64,000 bases of DNA from Blepharisma stoltei ATCC 30299 (taxonomy: Eukaryota > Protista > Ciliophora), in assembly GCA_965603825.1 (NCBI GenBank), contig CBFDEM010000013.1, positions 620,001 to 684,000 on the forward strand, in the 5' to 3' direction. Shown one piece after another: positions 1-12,405 of this stretch. Numbering within the stretch: the stretch's first letter is position 1; each line of letters begins with the position of its first letter. The notes under the pieces were generated by a model. It did not search any database. It was not told where the DNA came from and worked only from the letters and a program-made list of their open reading frames with translations. The translations under genes and the position numbers were made by a program.

Positions 1-647
1 CCAGAAGAAATCATAAATTCAAAGAACTTGGAAAGGGCAAGAGGGTCATTTTTCTTCATCTCGAACAATAAAAGCATAGCGTGGTAATGAATATTTAAAT
101 TTTTTGAAGATAGCTTTTCTTGGACTTCTGTCACCCATCTTCTCACTACTTCTGGATGGCTTTTGCATAATTTGAGACCAGCGATCATAGCAGCTGAGCT
201 GACTGTATCATTATTATCGACGATTGAGTTTTTAATAAATCTCTCCATTTGAATCAACAAAGAAGGATCCAGAATCCTGGCCATGACTCTTAGCGCGCTT
301 GCTCGGTAATAAGGATTATCTGATGTGCTCACATCTCTGGATAAGGAACTTGTAATCATAAAAACTTCGCCTTCTTTAGGACTGAGCTCTTTAAGCAACA
401 GATAAAGCATCTTACGAATGTGAGGGTGCTGGGATTGATAGAGCTTAGAAGCTCTGAAAAATATTTCAGTTGATTCGTTCTGTGAAAGTTCCTCGCCTTG
501 GTTTATGAGGTATAGGATCTTGGACATCACTGGAATTACTTCTTTAGGATCAATTGATGATGCGTCAAAGCACCGGGAGTCTTGAAGAACACGAGCTTTT
601 TCGATTTGAGCGAGAGGGTCAGTTTTTACTTCATGTCCTTCTTTCAT
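1..647 (-). CDS. COPG: Coatomer subunit gamma (gamma-COP), 5' part; runs off the window
   Basis: Manual translation from ATG at 647: MKEGHEVKTDPLAQIEKARVLQDSRCFDASSIDPKEVIPVMSKILYLINQGEELSQNESTEIFFRASKLYQSQHPHIRKMLYLLLKELS, matching the gamma-COP N-terminus. Not in the ORF track because the stop is outside the window. Confidence 0.9.
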   Translation of the reverse strand, partial: MKEGHEVKTDPLAQIEKARVLQDSRCFDASSIDPKEVIPVMSKILYLINQGEELSQNESTEIFFRASKLYQSQHPHIRKMLYLLLKELSPKEGEVFMITSSLSRDVSTSDNPYYRASALRVMARILDPSLLIQMERFIKNSIVDNNDTVSSAAMIAGLKLCKSHPEVVRRWVTEVQEKLSSKNLNIHYHAMLLLFEMKKNDPLALSKFFEFMISS

Positions 648-1003
648 TTTGTTTATAATTAATGGTCGAATGGGATTTTTGGGGATGAAATATTGAGAAA
701 GTTTGGGAAATTGAGGAGTCATGACAAATAATGAAATTGAAATTAAATAAGAAAAGATACTCTCAGAAAAAATTAGAATATTTTGGCTTGTATAGAACAA
801 TTAAAAGGATTGTTAGACTTGGAGCTGACGTGGAATCTTAGAAAATATATCTCATAATTTTATATAAATATGAATTATATAAAAAATCTATTTTATTACT
901 TTGGTCTACTTCTATTAAAAGCTATATGATATTGTATTATATTTTTTCTGGTAACATTTTTTATATTAATTACTTCTTAACTGCATCAAATTTAAGCAAA
1001 TAT

Positions 1004-1840
1004 CTACAACAATTTAATCAGATCTCTTTTATTAGATCTTAGATAGAGTCCTTGGTTTCCTTTTCCATATACAAAAGCAATTTTATCTGACTTGAAATCT
1101 TTTACAAAAGCATGCACATAGTCTTTATTTAAATTTTCTTTAGGTTTTTCAATATACCTATTCAATCTTTTAAATGCTGATTTTATGACTTTGTCTTCTT
1201 CGTTTATTTGGTTAGTTTCTCTTTTATTTAAATTTTCTAAATTGTTACACTCGCTGATTATCTTGTCAAGACAAAATTGAGAACTTCGTCTAGTAGATTT
1301 AGGCTTTCTTGGAGAATTCGGAGCTGTGTTTCTATATAAATCACAAGAAATTGGCCGAGAAGTAATAGCAGAGTTCGTTATAAAAGGTTTTAGTTCTAAT
1401 TCAAAATTTTTTCGCTCAGTGGCTGGGATTTTATAATTTTTTTTAATTTCAGAGAGTTGTAAATGCAGTTTGGGACTTGACTGTTTTGAGGAAGGCCTAG
1501 ATAGCAAAGGATAAGATCCTATACTATGAGAAGGTTTATGCCGAGCTGATGTGAAATTATGCTTATCATTGACTATAAATTTACTTGGATCAGATGGGAC
1601 AGGCTGCAATTGTGTTGGCATCTTATTTTCAAGCCTTGTCAAAGAACGCCTTAACTTTTTAGATATAGAAATTGCATCGTTTGTAGATAAAAGCCCAGCT
1701 TCAACTTTTTTCTTTTTATGCACATGATCTGTTATACTTGCAACTGCATCTTGCAAGCTTTTTTTCGGGCTTCAGTTAAGTTTAAAATGCTCTTTTGAAT
1801 TAAGTGTGGATTTTTTTGATGTAACTAAGTTTTGCTCCAT
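1004..1840 (-). CDS. Hypothetical S/K-rich protein (278 aa with TGA=Trp)
   Basis: ATG at 1840 (MEQNLVTSKK...) is in frame with the listed TTG-start ORF through one TGA at 1772-1774; TAG stop. Confidence 0.65.
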
Positions 1841-1971
1841 TTAATTAAATATAAACCATATGAAATTTCACAAGAATTTTCGAGAATCCCTTTAAACTAA
1901 TTTCTTGCGCTTTTGTCTTTGAAAAATAAATATTCTCTATTTCTCTTATAATTCTAATTGAATTACATAAA

Positions 1972-3015
1972 ATGTCAGAAGCCAAACATCCGCTTCGATC
2001 AAGTCTCCCCTCGCTCCAATCTTCACAGCACGAACGAGATGAAGAAGAACTGCGAAATATTATTTACGACTTAGATCAAAGCATCCTCGTTAACAAAAAC
2101 CTGCTTAAAGATGTAGTTTCTACCCTAGTCCCTCAAAAAAGTAAAGAGCATTCCAATGACACTCAAGTCACTCATTTAATTTCCAGTAAAATTCATGATA
2201 AGCTCCTAGTGGAAAATTCAAGAATATTGCAGGCTATTGAGAGAATAAAGCTGGAAATAGAAACTGCAAATAGCAACATTCAAAGTTTTGAAGAAAAATC
2301 AGCACAAAGCAGAAACAGGAGGAAGGAGTATCAAAAAAGGATACAAGAAGAAGCCAAAAAAATGAGGCAAACACTTCATAATAAAGAAGACGAAATACAA
2401 AGATTGGAAGAATATAGAAGCAGAATTGATGAAGATATAGAAGAAAGCCAACAAGAAGAGCAAGTAACTCCTGATAAAATTATTGAAGAAGGGAAAAAAT
2501 TGGTTAATAAATTAAGCAAGCAGCTTAAACAGGCTGAAGAACAAAGGGATATTGAAGTCAGAAAATGCAAAGATTTCGAGGAAGACATAAAAAAAATCCA
2601 GGGATTAGTAAAAGTTGCAATGCCAGCAGGAATTGATATGACAAATGAAACGTTAAAAAAAGACTATGGACTTGGTTTAAATTATGAGAATTATTGGTTT
2701 GACTGTGAAATGGGTGGAGAATCGATCGACACTATTCAGTCATCAAATCTGACGATAGAAGATAATATTTTTCCTAATAAAGTGGATTTTGCTAGCAAAA
2801 ATAAGCATTATCTACCGAAATTGAACTTATCAGTGGTAAGTCAAGGGGCTTCGCCAGAGAGAAAGCAGTCACCAAGGGTAGAGCTGAGTAAGCTAGAGCT
2901 GGCATTGCAGATCAAGTGTGAAGAAATCAATTCTTTACAGAGAATACTTAGTCACCTCGAAGCTCAAGAATATTATTTGAGTAAAGTGACCAATAAGACT
3001 GATATTAAATTGTAA
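1972..3015 (+). CDS. Coiled-coil protein of unknown function
   Basis: 347-aa ORF with E/K/Q-rich heptad character and AT-rich flanks. Confidence 0.7.
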   Translation: MSEAKHPLRSSLPSLQSSQHERDEEELRNIIYDLDQSILVNKNLLKDVVSTLVPQKSKEHSNDTQVTHLISSKIHDKLLVENSRILQAIERIKLEIETANSNIQSFEEKSAQSRNRRKEYQKRIQEEAKKMRQTLHNKEDEIQRLEEYRSRIDEDIEESQQEEQVTPDKIIEEGKKLVNKLSKQLKQAEEQRDIEVRKCKDFEEDIKKIQGLVKVAMPAGIDMTNETLKKDYGLGLNYENYWFDCEMGGESIDTIQSSNLTIEDNIFPNKVDFASKNKHYLPKLNLSVVSQGASPERKQSPRVELSKLELALQIKCEEINSLQRILSHLEAQEYYLSKVTNKTDIKL

Positions 3016-3197
3016 AATGAATAGTAATTTTATTTTACCTTCAGTTGTTTAAATTAAATTATTTATCCAATTATTAATTTTATCTTCATAATAGCTCGAT
3101 AATAAATAAATTAGGTAATTATACGCCCACATGCATTTAAACACTCACTAATATGCGAATGTTATTTGGTGAAAAAATAAAGAATTCATTTATAATT

Positions 3198-4241
3198 ATG
3201 GAATCATTTATCAATTCTCTTCCTAAAGCTGAACTTCATATGCATCTAGAAGGTGCATTAGAGCCAGAGCTTCTCTTAAAATTAGCTGAAAGAAATGGAG
3301 TCCAACTTCCTTATACCTTAGAAGAGCTAAAATCACGGCGAGAGTCTTATGAAAATCTTATGGATTTTCTTCGCGAATTTAATATTGGCACCTTAGTTTT
3401 AAAGAATTATCAAGACTTTTATGACATGCTCTGATCATATCTCTTAAAATGCTCCCAACAAAATATTGTTTATACAGAAATAATGATAAATGTGTGCAGA
3501 TACACTGATGATGTCTCTCTAAATTCAGTTATGGAAGCTTATAGAAATGCTTGTCGTAACGCTGAAGCACAATTTGGGGTAAAAGCAAAATTTATTCTGA
3601 ATATATTAAAAAATGCTTCATATGAAGCAAATTTGAGAATGGTAGAAAGCTGTGCTGCATATAAAGATATTATAATTGGTTTTGGAGTTGCAGGTGCTGA
3701 AGTTGTAGCATATTCAAGCAGCTTAAAGCCAATTTTTGAAAGAGCTAAAGAATTAGAACTTTGCGGAGCAAATAAAACCAACATTTGTTGCCATGCCGGA
3801 GAAGAAGGAGACCCAAGCTACGTTATTGATGCTTTGTGCGGAATTAATGTTTCTAGGATTGATCATGGAGTCCGCAGTCTAGAAGACCCATTTTTAGTCA
3901 AAGCGCTGGTGAGCCTTCAGATCCCACTTACAGTCTGTCCTTTATCAAATCAAAAGCTGAAAGTACTGGATAGGTATTTTGGAGGAAATCATGTAGTAGG
4001 TAGGATGATAGAAGAGGGATTAATGGTCACAATTAATTCTGATGATCCTGCATTTTTTGGAGGATATTTGAATGAAAATTTCTTAGAAGTCGTTAAGAGT
4101 TTAAGTCATTTATCAGAATCAGAAATAAAAGACCATATAAAACAATTATGCAAAAATTCGTTTTTAGCAGCATTTATTTCTGATGAAGAAAAAATGTATT
4201 ACTGCAACCTAGTTGACCAAGCTTACAGCCAGCAGTCATAA
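3198..4241 (+). CDS. Adenosine/adenine deaminase family protein (347 aa)
   Basis: LPKAELHMHLEG, HAGE, RIDHG and INSDDP motifs. The two listed ORFs join in frame through TGA 3432-3434 (DFYDML-W-SYL, where homologs have DFYDLTWAYL). Confidence 0.92.
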
Positions 4242-4483
4242 GATAACGATTAGCATAGCCTTTATTAATATTTTTTCAATTTACGCAGATTTAGGAAACC
4301 AACTTCTTTTTACTGCAATCATCAATAATTCAAAAATTTAAATTAAAATTTTCTGAATTTGAAAATGTCATATCTTTTTAAAAACAATTTTAAATCTTGC
4401 AACGCTATAAATTATTATCAGAAATTTTCAAATTTAAAAAATACCATACTAATTACAAATCAAATTACATTAATAATTTATAG

Positions 4484-4879
4484 ATGCAAAACCTGAGTAT
4501 CATGAAAATTGGGGGAGCTAGATCTCCACAATTACTAAATACTGACTGTCATAGATTTAAGAATATTGATCAAAATTCACCTTCATTATTAATGAAGTCC
4601 TTGTCTCAGTCAAATTCAATGCTAGATCCAAGATTAAACCCAGGATTATTCAAAGAAATTACGGAGCAAAAATATAGAGACTATAAAAAGTTAAATTTCA
4701 GAGTGGGATTACTATTAAATTCGCTTGAAGATACTATGGAAGCTGTTAGCGTTAGAGATGACTGTTCGCTGCAGCCTATTCCTATAAGGCTAGATATTAA
4801 GTGCTCAAGACTCATGAATCGACGAAGAACCGATCCAATGGGGTTTATTAAACGAGTGGAACCCAAACATTTTTATTAA
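4484..4879 (+). CDS. Hypothetical protein (131 aa)
   Basis: ATG-TAA ORF with higher GC than its AT-rich flanks; no recognisable motif. Confidence 0.55.
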   Translation: MQNLSIMKIGGARSPQLLNTDCHRFKNIDQNSPSLLMKSLSQSNSMLDPRLNPGLFKEITEQKYRDYKKLNFRVGLLLNSLEDTMEAVSVRDDCSLQPIPIRLDIKCSRLMNRRRTDPMGFIKRVEPKHFY

Positions 4880-5131
4880 TAATTTATTGTATTATTTCTG
4901 TTAAATAAATATTTTATAAGAAAATAAACTTGCTCTTGTTTATATTTACAAACAAGAAAGGTTGAGTTTATTTAAAAATTTTCGTTTTCAGTTCTGGTCA
5001 ATATCATATTTTAAACAAAAAATAATAAACTATTTTAACATATAATAACCAAAAAGATGCTGAAATTTTACATTTTTCAAAATAACTTATCAAAAACTTA
5101 TAATTTAGCTGGCTTATTTCTAATAATTAGA

Positions 5132-5896
5132 TTATTGCGACTTAGAAAACTCGTTTTCTGGATCATAAGTCATAGTGCAATCTGAGTCATCAATTTTATA
5201 TCCTTGCGCTAAAGCTTGGAAAATTTCTGGATTATGAACTTTTCCACGCGCATCCACTCCAATTTTTCTATTGTCTATATTCTCATAATACTCATGCCAA
5301 AAATCTGCCTGCAGCAATAAACCGTGACTCAGATTTCCTTCTTCATCAAGAATTTCAGCGAATTTTCCACCATAAGGATATGCTTTAGATTTTCCTATAT
5401 AAGGCATGGTTTTTCTTGAAGTTTGGGAGAATAATCTAATATTTGCAAGCTCCGTATATGTATGAGTCCCAAGACGGTAAGGCCCAACATTTTCAAATTT
5501 CCACAGCCCTCCTCTGACATACCAAATTTTATTGACAGCATATCTGAGCTCATAGAGATACCAGCAATGGGGAAGGACAGCTAAAGACATGGCAATTGGA
5601 GCTAGCCACCATGCAGACCCGAAAAATCCGTGCCACCAAGCCCATCCCAGTGCTGGGGTCGACCAAGTTCCGAGACTCCAAGGAATAGGGAATAATACCG
5701 AGGTGTTGTCTTGAGGGTCAAATTCGTAGATAAGGATTTCACCTTTTTTGTCAAATTGGATTGGCTTCGAAGGCTTATAGGTTTCTATTGGGCGAATGTA
5801 GCCAGATGGAGGAGCTGCTTGGCTGAGCTCTGTTTGAGACGAGGTAAAAGTGCCTGGGAGCTTATATCCAAATCTTCTTAGGCTTGATCTGAACAT
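5132..5896 (-). CDS. Probable mitochondrial membrane protein (possibly TMEM70/186/223-like)
   Basis: Presequence-like N-terminus MFRSSLRRFGY and two adjacent Trp-rich hydrophobic segments followed by YAVNKIWY. The family assignment is tentative. Confidence 0.6.
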   Translation of the reverse strand: MFRSSLRRFGYKLPGTFTSSQTELSQAAPPSGYIRPIETYKPSKPIQFDKKGEILIYEFDPQDNTSVLFPIPWSLGTWSTPALGWAWWHGFFGSAWWLAPIAMSLAVLPHCWYLYELRYAVNKIWYVRGGLWKFENVGPYRLGTHTYTELANIRLFSQTSRKTMPYIGKSKAYPYGGKFAEILDEEGNLSHGLLLQADFWHEYYENIDNRKIGVDARGKVHNPEIFQALAQGYKIDDSDCTMTYDPENEFSKSQ

Positions 5897-6122
5897 TTAT
5901 TAATATTTTTAACTATTGATTAACAAATCAAATTCTCTGAATTTATATATACAAAATTTTCTTTTAATCAAACCAATCTATAATTTATTGATCCTTTGTG
6001 ATTATTTATTTGTTTTTCCTAAAATTATATGCATTCCAAAATAAAGAATAATCAAAAATAATCTTAAAATTATAAACAAGCTATAACCAAAGCACTTATT
6101 TCGTTTTTACATTTATTTATGA

Positions 6123-6572
6123 TTAATAATATGGTCTAAACCTCGAGTATCTAGATCTCCCATAAGCGAAAGATCCTCTAAATGACCCACGAAACCTCGG
6201 CCGTGATTTATTATGCCCTGGAAGATTTGTTCTCTTTGGCATCACCTTAAGTTTTCTCCCTTTGAAGCTTTTTTCATTCAAACTCTGTGCTTTTAACACT
6301 CCACTTTGGTCAGAAAATTCTATATATGCATATCCTTTGGGGATCTGCGAAAATTTGTCAATAGGGATTGTGACACGTTCAATGTTTCCACAGCCTTTAA
6401 AAACATCGCGCAATTCCTCAGTGCTAGTACTGAAATCGACATTTCCTACAAAGATAGAGCGGTTATCTATTTCTTCGACTTCGTGAGGCTTAAGGTTTTC
6501 TTCTGGGGATGATTGGGATTTTTCTGGGGTGTTTTTGGCGTCGTCATTTGGTTGGGGTTTGCTTTCGTCCAT
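6123..6572 (-). CDS. PABPN1: Nuclear poly(A)-binding protein 2 (single RRM)
   Basis: DNRSIFVGNVD...KGYAYIEF...KVMPKRTNLPG and an RG-rich tail ending RFRPYY; first ATG at 6572. Confidence 0.88.
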   Translation of the reverse strand: MDESKPQPNDDAKNTPEKSQSSPEENLKPHEVEEIDNRSIFVGNVDFSTSTEELRDVFKGCGNIERVTIPIDKFSQIPKGYAYIEFSDQSGVLKAQSLNEKSFKGRKLKVMPKRTNLPGHNKSRPRFRGSFRGSFAYGRSRYSRFRPYY

Positions 6573-6752
6573 GTTAGGCAATTATTATATGAAAATTGAT
6601 AATAAAGGATAATAAGGAAAGTATAAAGGCTTTTAAGGAATGCTAAAATATTGAAGACTTTGCAATAACGAATAAAAATAAAATTCTTTAAAACAGTGTG
6701 AAATACCTTATCTGTAAATTAAATCTCAATAATTTCGATAAAGCTCTATTAT

Positions 6753-7196
6753 TTATTTGCTTTCTTCCTCTTTTTTCTCTTCTTTTCCTTCCTCTATTTC
6801 TTTCTGTGCTTCTTTTTCTGCTTTATCTTTAGCTTCAATCTCTTCTCTTCTAGGCATATGGCAGGATACATACGGCTTGAGCTACATAAAATTTACCTCA
6901 AAATTGTCAATATCATCAGGAACCTCAATAATTGGTGTTTTTAGTCGATTGTATCTGAACCCTTTATGAACGAATTCTCCATAGAGATTTTTGCTTTCTC
7001 TTTCAAGCTTTGCTATTGTTAATTTTTGCCGATATTTGTCTTTGATGGTTTTCTTGATATTATTGACAATATGAAGTGGAACAAGCCCTGGCTTCTTGTG
7101 AGCATGCTTGCCTCCAATTTTATAGCTGTAGTTTCCTAAGGATTTTCTATAAGCACTCATACGTGTAAAAGGTGTGAGGACATTAAGCATACCCAT
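6753..7196 (-). CDS. Mitochondrial ribosomal protein mL41-like; one intron
   Basis: Removing intron 6882-6896 gives VPDDIDNFE|LKPYVS (mL41 C-terminal motif) plus an acidic tail ending at TAA 6753-6755. Confidence 0.75.
6882..6896 (-). other. 15-nt spliceosomal intron GTAAATTTTATGTAG (phase 0)
   Basis: GT..AG with A at -6; removal restores the FELKPYVS motif. Confidence 0.9.
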
Positions 7197-7442
7197 ATTT
7201 AATTTCTTAGAAAATTTTATTGATTATTGGAATGATCTCCTCTGGTTTCGAAATTTTTAGTCTTTATTGAATAATCGAGATTCTTGGATATTATTATTAG
7301 ATTTTCAAATTTTTTAAGTATTTAATACCAAGATTTCTTCTGATTGTCCTTAATTTATCAAATAATGAAAATTCATATTCATCTATAACTTAATTTATAA
7401 TTTTATTGCATAACTCTGATTAAATTTGTATTGATATTATAC

Positions 7443-8210
<768 letters not shown>

Positions 8211-8453
8211 TTAAGTTATATTGAGAAGAACGTTATTAGCTCTTTCTAAGCCATATTGGATTAAACTAGGTTTTAGAAGCTTTATATTGAAAGATGTCTG
8301 ATCTTGAAAAAATGAATTAAAAATTTCGGCCATGATGGTTTTTAATTTGAATAAATAGTGAAAGAAAAGCAAATTATTCGAAATGTAATGAGAATAAATA
8401 GAAAATGCTAAGTATATCGGAAAGAAATTAAATATTATATTATCAATTGATAA

Positions 8454-9350
8454 TTAATAAATTGATTTAAATAGGCTTCGAAGTTCAGATTTTATAGCAA
8501 GGGTGGTTTTAGGTCTTGCTGGAGACTCTTCAGTAAATAGTGTTGAATATTTATCTGTCAGTCGCTTTGAAAGTACAGAATCAGCTCTTTCAGTTGATGG
8601 ATAAAGCCTTTCAACTGCAGTTTTTAATTTATATCTATTCTGGGTATTAGTTTCTTCTTTTTTTCTGTCTGTATTGTCTCCAAAGCTATCGAAATTGTCA
8701 TTGAATGTGGAATGGTTTAAATATTTCTTCCTGTCAATTTCATAATAATTTACAATATTTCCTTCCCGATTACAATGTAAAACTCCAGCATCCATTGCAT
8801 ATGAATCATAGCCAGTTGATTTATTATGACTTGGAGTTACAAGCATCTGATATTTACTTTTTACTGCCAAGTTCTTTTTCTTATAAATCCTGTACTTTCT
8901 ATTGATTTCTTCAAATTCCTTTATTCTTTCAGGACTTGCATTGCTTCGATCTTCAGACAAAAAATGCTTCTCAACAAATAAATTTTCATTATTATAGTCT
9001 AAATGCTTTCCGAACGCTGTTTTAGGCAATTTTATAATTTGCATTCCTTCTGGTCTCGGAGCATGCTGAGACTTAAGATATTCTGATATCGATGCTTTCT
9101 CTTCTCTATGATGGGTAGGAGATTTAGGCTCAGTAAAATCAGAGCATTGATTTCGAAGCGCTGCTCTTTCGAGCTTTGAGATATAGTCATGCTTTGTTTC
9201 ATATCTGTATAATGATTTGCTAATTTTGGTCACATGTCGTTTTAGAGTCCTGTACCCTGTAGAGCAGGTTCTTCTATGAGTTATTGATACATTTAAATCA
9301 AGGTTCATAGAATCAGATGGTCTATGAATTTTCTGAGGGATCTTACTCAT
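8454..9350 (-). CDS. Hypothetical protein (298 aa)
   Basis: Long ATG-TAA ORF; no recognised domain. Confidence 0.65.
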   Translation of the reverse strand: MSKIPQKIHRPSDSMNLDLNVSITHRRTCSTGYRTLKRHVTKISKSLYRYETKHDYISKLERAALRNQCSDFTEPKSPTHHREEKASISEYLKSQHAPRPEGMQIIKLPKTAFGKHLDYNNENLFVEKHFLSEDRSNASPERIKEFEEINRKYRIYKKKNLAVKSKYQMLVTPSHNKSTGYDSYAMDAGVLHCNREGNIVNYYEIDRKKYLNHSTFNDNFDSFGDNTDRKKEETNTQNRYKLKTAVERLYPSTERADSVLSKRLTDKYSTLFTEESPARPKTTLAIKSELRSLFKSIY

Positions 9351-10304
9351 TTCTATATGATAACTGCTTAATTATTGGAAAAATACAAAAAATAAATTTT
9401 AAGCAAAAATTCGTTATATTCTATCTTATAGTTAAAATTTTTGGTGTAGATGTATGGCATTGGCTCCTTTTTGTGTTATCTCAAATCTTTTCTTTTTCAT
9501 GCTCAGCATTACTAAGCTTTTATTTTGCGTCTTTTGTACGAATAGTTTATTTATATACAGACATTATTTGAAGAGAAATACATTCACTTTCAATTATTTG
9601 CTCTTCTTTCATTTCTCAGAATAGCTTTTCCTCTTTAATGGTGTAAAGTTTTAATAAATTTACCATAAAAACGCATTTCATAGAAGCTGGGTCTTTTTAT
9701 AGCTATGGCATTTATTCTCCTGCAAACTTGTACTTTTAAAATAATGATTTCAATCTTTCCAACCATTTCGTATGGATTCAGTATTTGGGGGATTTCAAAA
9801 CAGCCTTTTATATTAACTAATGCTTGATTATGATAATTATTATATATATAAATTATTTTAATAACATTAAAGATCTTTATATAAGTCATTTGGTAAGACT
9901 CTTAATGCTGGATTATTTTAATAGCAAATAAGTTTTATTTTTTCACCATAATAAATTATTTAATATTCTCCAAAAATGAGGATTAGGTATTGGGATATCT
10001 ATTAATATCTTAAGCCTGCTAAAATGCTTCTTCATCATTTGGGGTCATATTTTTGGGTAGCTAATATAATTGCATCCTTCCAGTGATTTCGTCAGATAAG
10101 ATCGGGCTAAATTTAAGTAAAATAGTTGAGGATTTCCAATTTTATCTTATTTATTTTATAAAATATCAAGCTAAACAATGCTTTGAAATTTTTAAACAAA
10201 GCATTTCATGTAAAATCTTTACAACATTTTAATCTGAATGACAAGGTTTCATTTATTTTAATACTAAAAGTTCTTTAATTTCCCCACCGCTAATAAAAAT
10301 AAAA

Positions 10305-10967
10305 ATGCAACAACCAACATTAGGATATTGGGACATCCGTGGCTATGCTGAGCCTCTGAGAATGCTTCTTACTCATTTAGGAGTTGCTTTTGAAGATAAG
10401 AAATATCACTATGGCCCTGCTCCTGACTTCGACAAGCTAGATTGGTTTAATGTCAAAGAGACCTTAGGCATGAATTTTCCAAATTTACCTTATTTTATTG
10501 ATGAAAATATCAAACTAAGCGAAACTTTGGCAATTTTTGAGTACATTTGTGCGAAGTATAATCCATCATACCTCGGCAGTACAATCATTGAAAAAGCTTA
10601 TGTTTCAATGATTGCTGGCGTTCTCAAAGATTTCAATGGCCAAGTTGGCACTGCATGCTATAGCCCAGATGCAGCTACACATGTGCCTCAAACTCTTGAA
10701 AATCAAAGATCAGTCGTGGCCAGAATAGTTAAATATCTTGAAGGCAAAACATTTTTAGTAGGAGGCCATCCCACATATGTTGACTTTTATTTGTACGAAA
10801 CAATTGATAGACTTGATGCAATTGATCCAAGCTACACAGCTGGGATTTCACCAATCATCGCAACTTACAAAAGTCTTATAAGAAGCTTAGCACATGTGGA
10901 AGAATTTCTTGCAAGACCAACTAAGCCGCGTTTCTTTCATGGACCTCAGGCTAGTTGGCAAGGGTAA
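10305..10967 (+). CDS. Glutathione S-transferase, mu-like
   Basis: LGYWDIRG, mu-loop GPAPDFDK, FPNLPY and TYVDF motifs. Confidence 0.93.
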   Translation: MQQPTLGYWDIRGYAEPLRMLLTHLGVAFEDKKYHYGPAPDFDKLDWFNVKETLGMNFPNLPYFIDENIKLSETLAIFEYICAKYNPSYLGSTIIEKAYVSMIAGVLKDFNGQVGTACYSPDAATHVPQTLENQRSVVARIVKYLEGKTFLVGGHPTYVDFYLYETIDRLDAIDPSYTAGISPIIATYKSLIRSLAHVEEFLARPTKPRFFHGPQASWQG

Positions 10968-11682
10968 TAATTAAACCTTTATCTTTTTCACTCTGATACG
11001 CATTAGGTTAATTAACAAAATAGAAGCTCTACTAAATAGTAATGGAAAGTGTATAAAACTTAATTTAAAAATATCTTTTATTTTTGAGAGTACCGTCAAT
11101 ATTCTTGGGTTTAAATTCAATCTGTAAGAAACTTATTTGTTAAACAATGGACATAAATAATTAGAGTTTCTTCTTCAACTATAATAGCTCATTTATATTT
11201 ATTGATTACTTATCCAATATTATTAAATGATTTGTCTGCATTTTGATTTTTGTATATAACTCTCTGAGATTTCGCATAGTTTCAGGTGATACTGCCAAGG
11301 TTTTCTAAAATATTGTTATTAAAATCAAATTAGATGAAGGTGAAGAATTAAATCAAATGCAGGCTGATTAAATAGAATAAAAATTTGGTCTTGATGCATC
11401 CCAATATCTTGATTTTGGATTAATTAAGCAATAACAAAAGGTCACTGTGATTCTCAATTTTTAGCAGGTATCAATTGTGGTATAAGCCAAAAAATAGCTT
11501 GTAACTGATTTTTTGGGAAATTAATTGTCGGTTTCTTAATAAAAACTTAATAAAAATTCTTGGGCTTATAATTTAAATAAAATTTTATTATGAATCTGAA
11601 ATTCTATTTAATTTAATAGTAAAATTAAAATTATTTCCCAACCGCTAATGAGTATTGAATAAACTAATAATTTTTATCCTAA

Positions 11683-12343
11683 ATGCAACAACCAATATTA
11701 GCATACTGGAATAACCGTGGCTTTGCTGAGCCTCTGAGAATGCTTTTGACTCACTTTGGAGTTGCTTTTGAGGATAAGCAATATGTTCCAGGTCCTGCCC
11801 CTGATTTTGACAGATCAGATTGGCTTAGCGTTAAAGAAACTTTAGGAATGGATTTTCCAAATTTGCCTTATTTCATTGATGAAAATATTAAATTAAGCGA
11901 AACTTCAGCAATTTTCGAGTACATCTGTGCTAAATACAACCCGTCCTATCTTGGCAATACTCTTGCTGAAAAAGCTTATGTCTCAATGATTGCTGGCGTT
12001 CTTAAAGATATTATGGGCAAAGTTGGTATGGCAGCCTATAATCCAAATGCAGTTACCCTTGTTCCCCAAGCTCTTGAGAGCCAAAAGCCAGTGATGCAAA
12101 GATTTGTTAAATACTTGGTTGGAAAAAGATTATTAGTCGGTGATCATCCTACTTATGTTGATTTTTATTTTTATGAGGTACTTGATAAGCTTGATGCTAT
12201 TGATCCAAGCTATGCAGCTGAAATTTCGCCAGTTTTTTTCTACTTATAAAGCTTATATAAGAAGCTTAGTAAATGTTGAAGAATTCGTTTCAAGACCTAA
12301 TAGACCACCTTTCCATGGCCCAATGGCTGGATGGAGAATTTAA
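11683..12343 (+). pseudogene. Tandem GST paralog with a +1 frameshift in a T7 run (pseudogene, truncated allele or sequencing error)
   Basis: Collinear with 10305-10967. One extra T at 12233-12239 gives a premature TAA at 12247-12249; the paralogous C-terminus (STYKAYIRSL...FHGPMAGWRI) continues in the +1 frame to TAA 12341-12343. Confidence 0.75.
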
Positions 12344-12405
12344 TAACTTAAATTATTTTATTTTAAAAATTTAAAATAAACAAATTTGTAGTAATAAACC
12401 GGTAT

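Noticed and set aside
9317-9889. Two 84-aa ORFs in an AT-rich spacer
   Set aside because: Their composition is typical of translated AT-rich non-coding DNA, with no motif, and one overlaps a neighbour's start.
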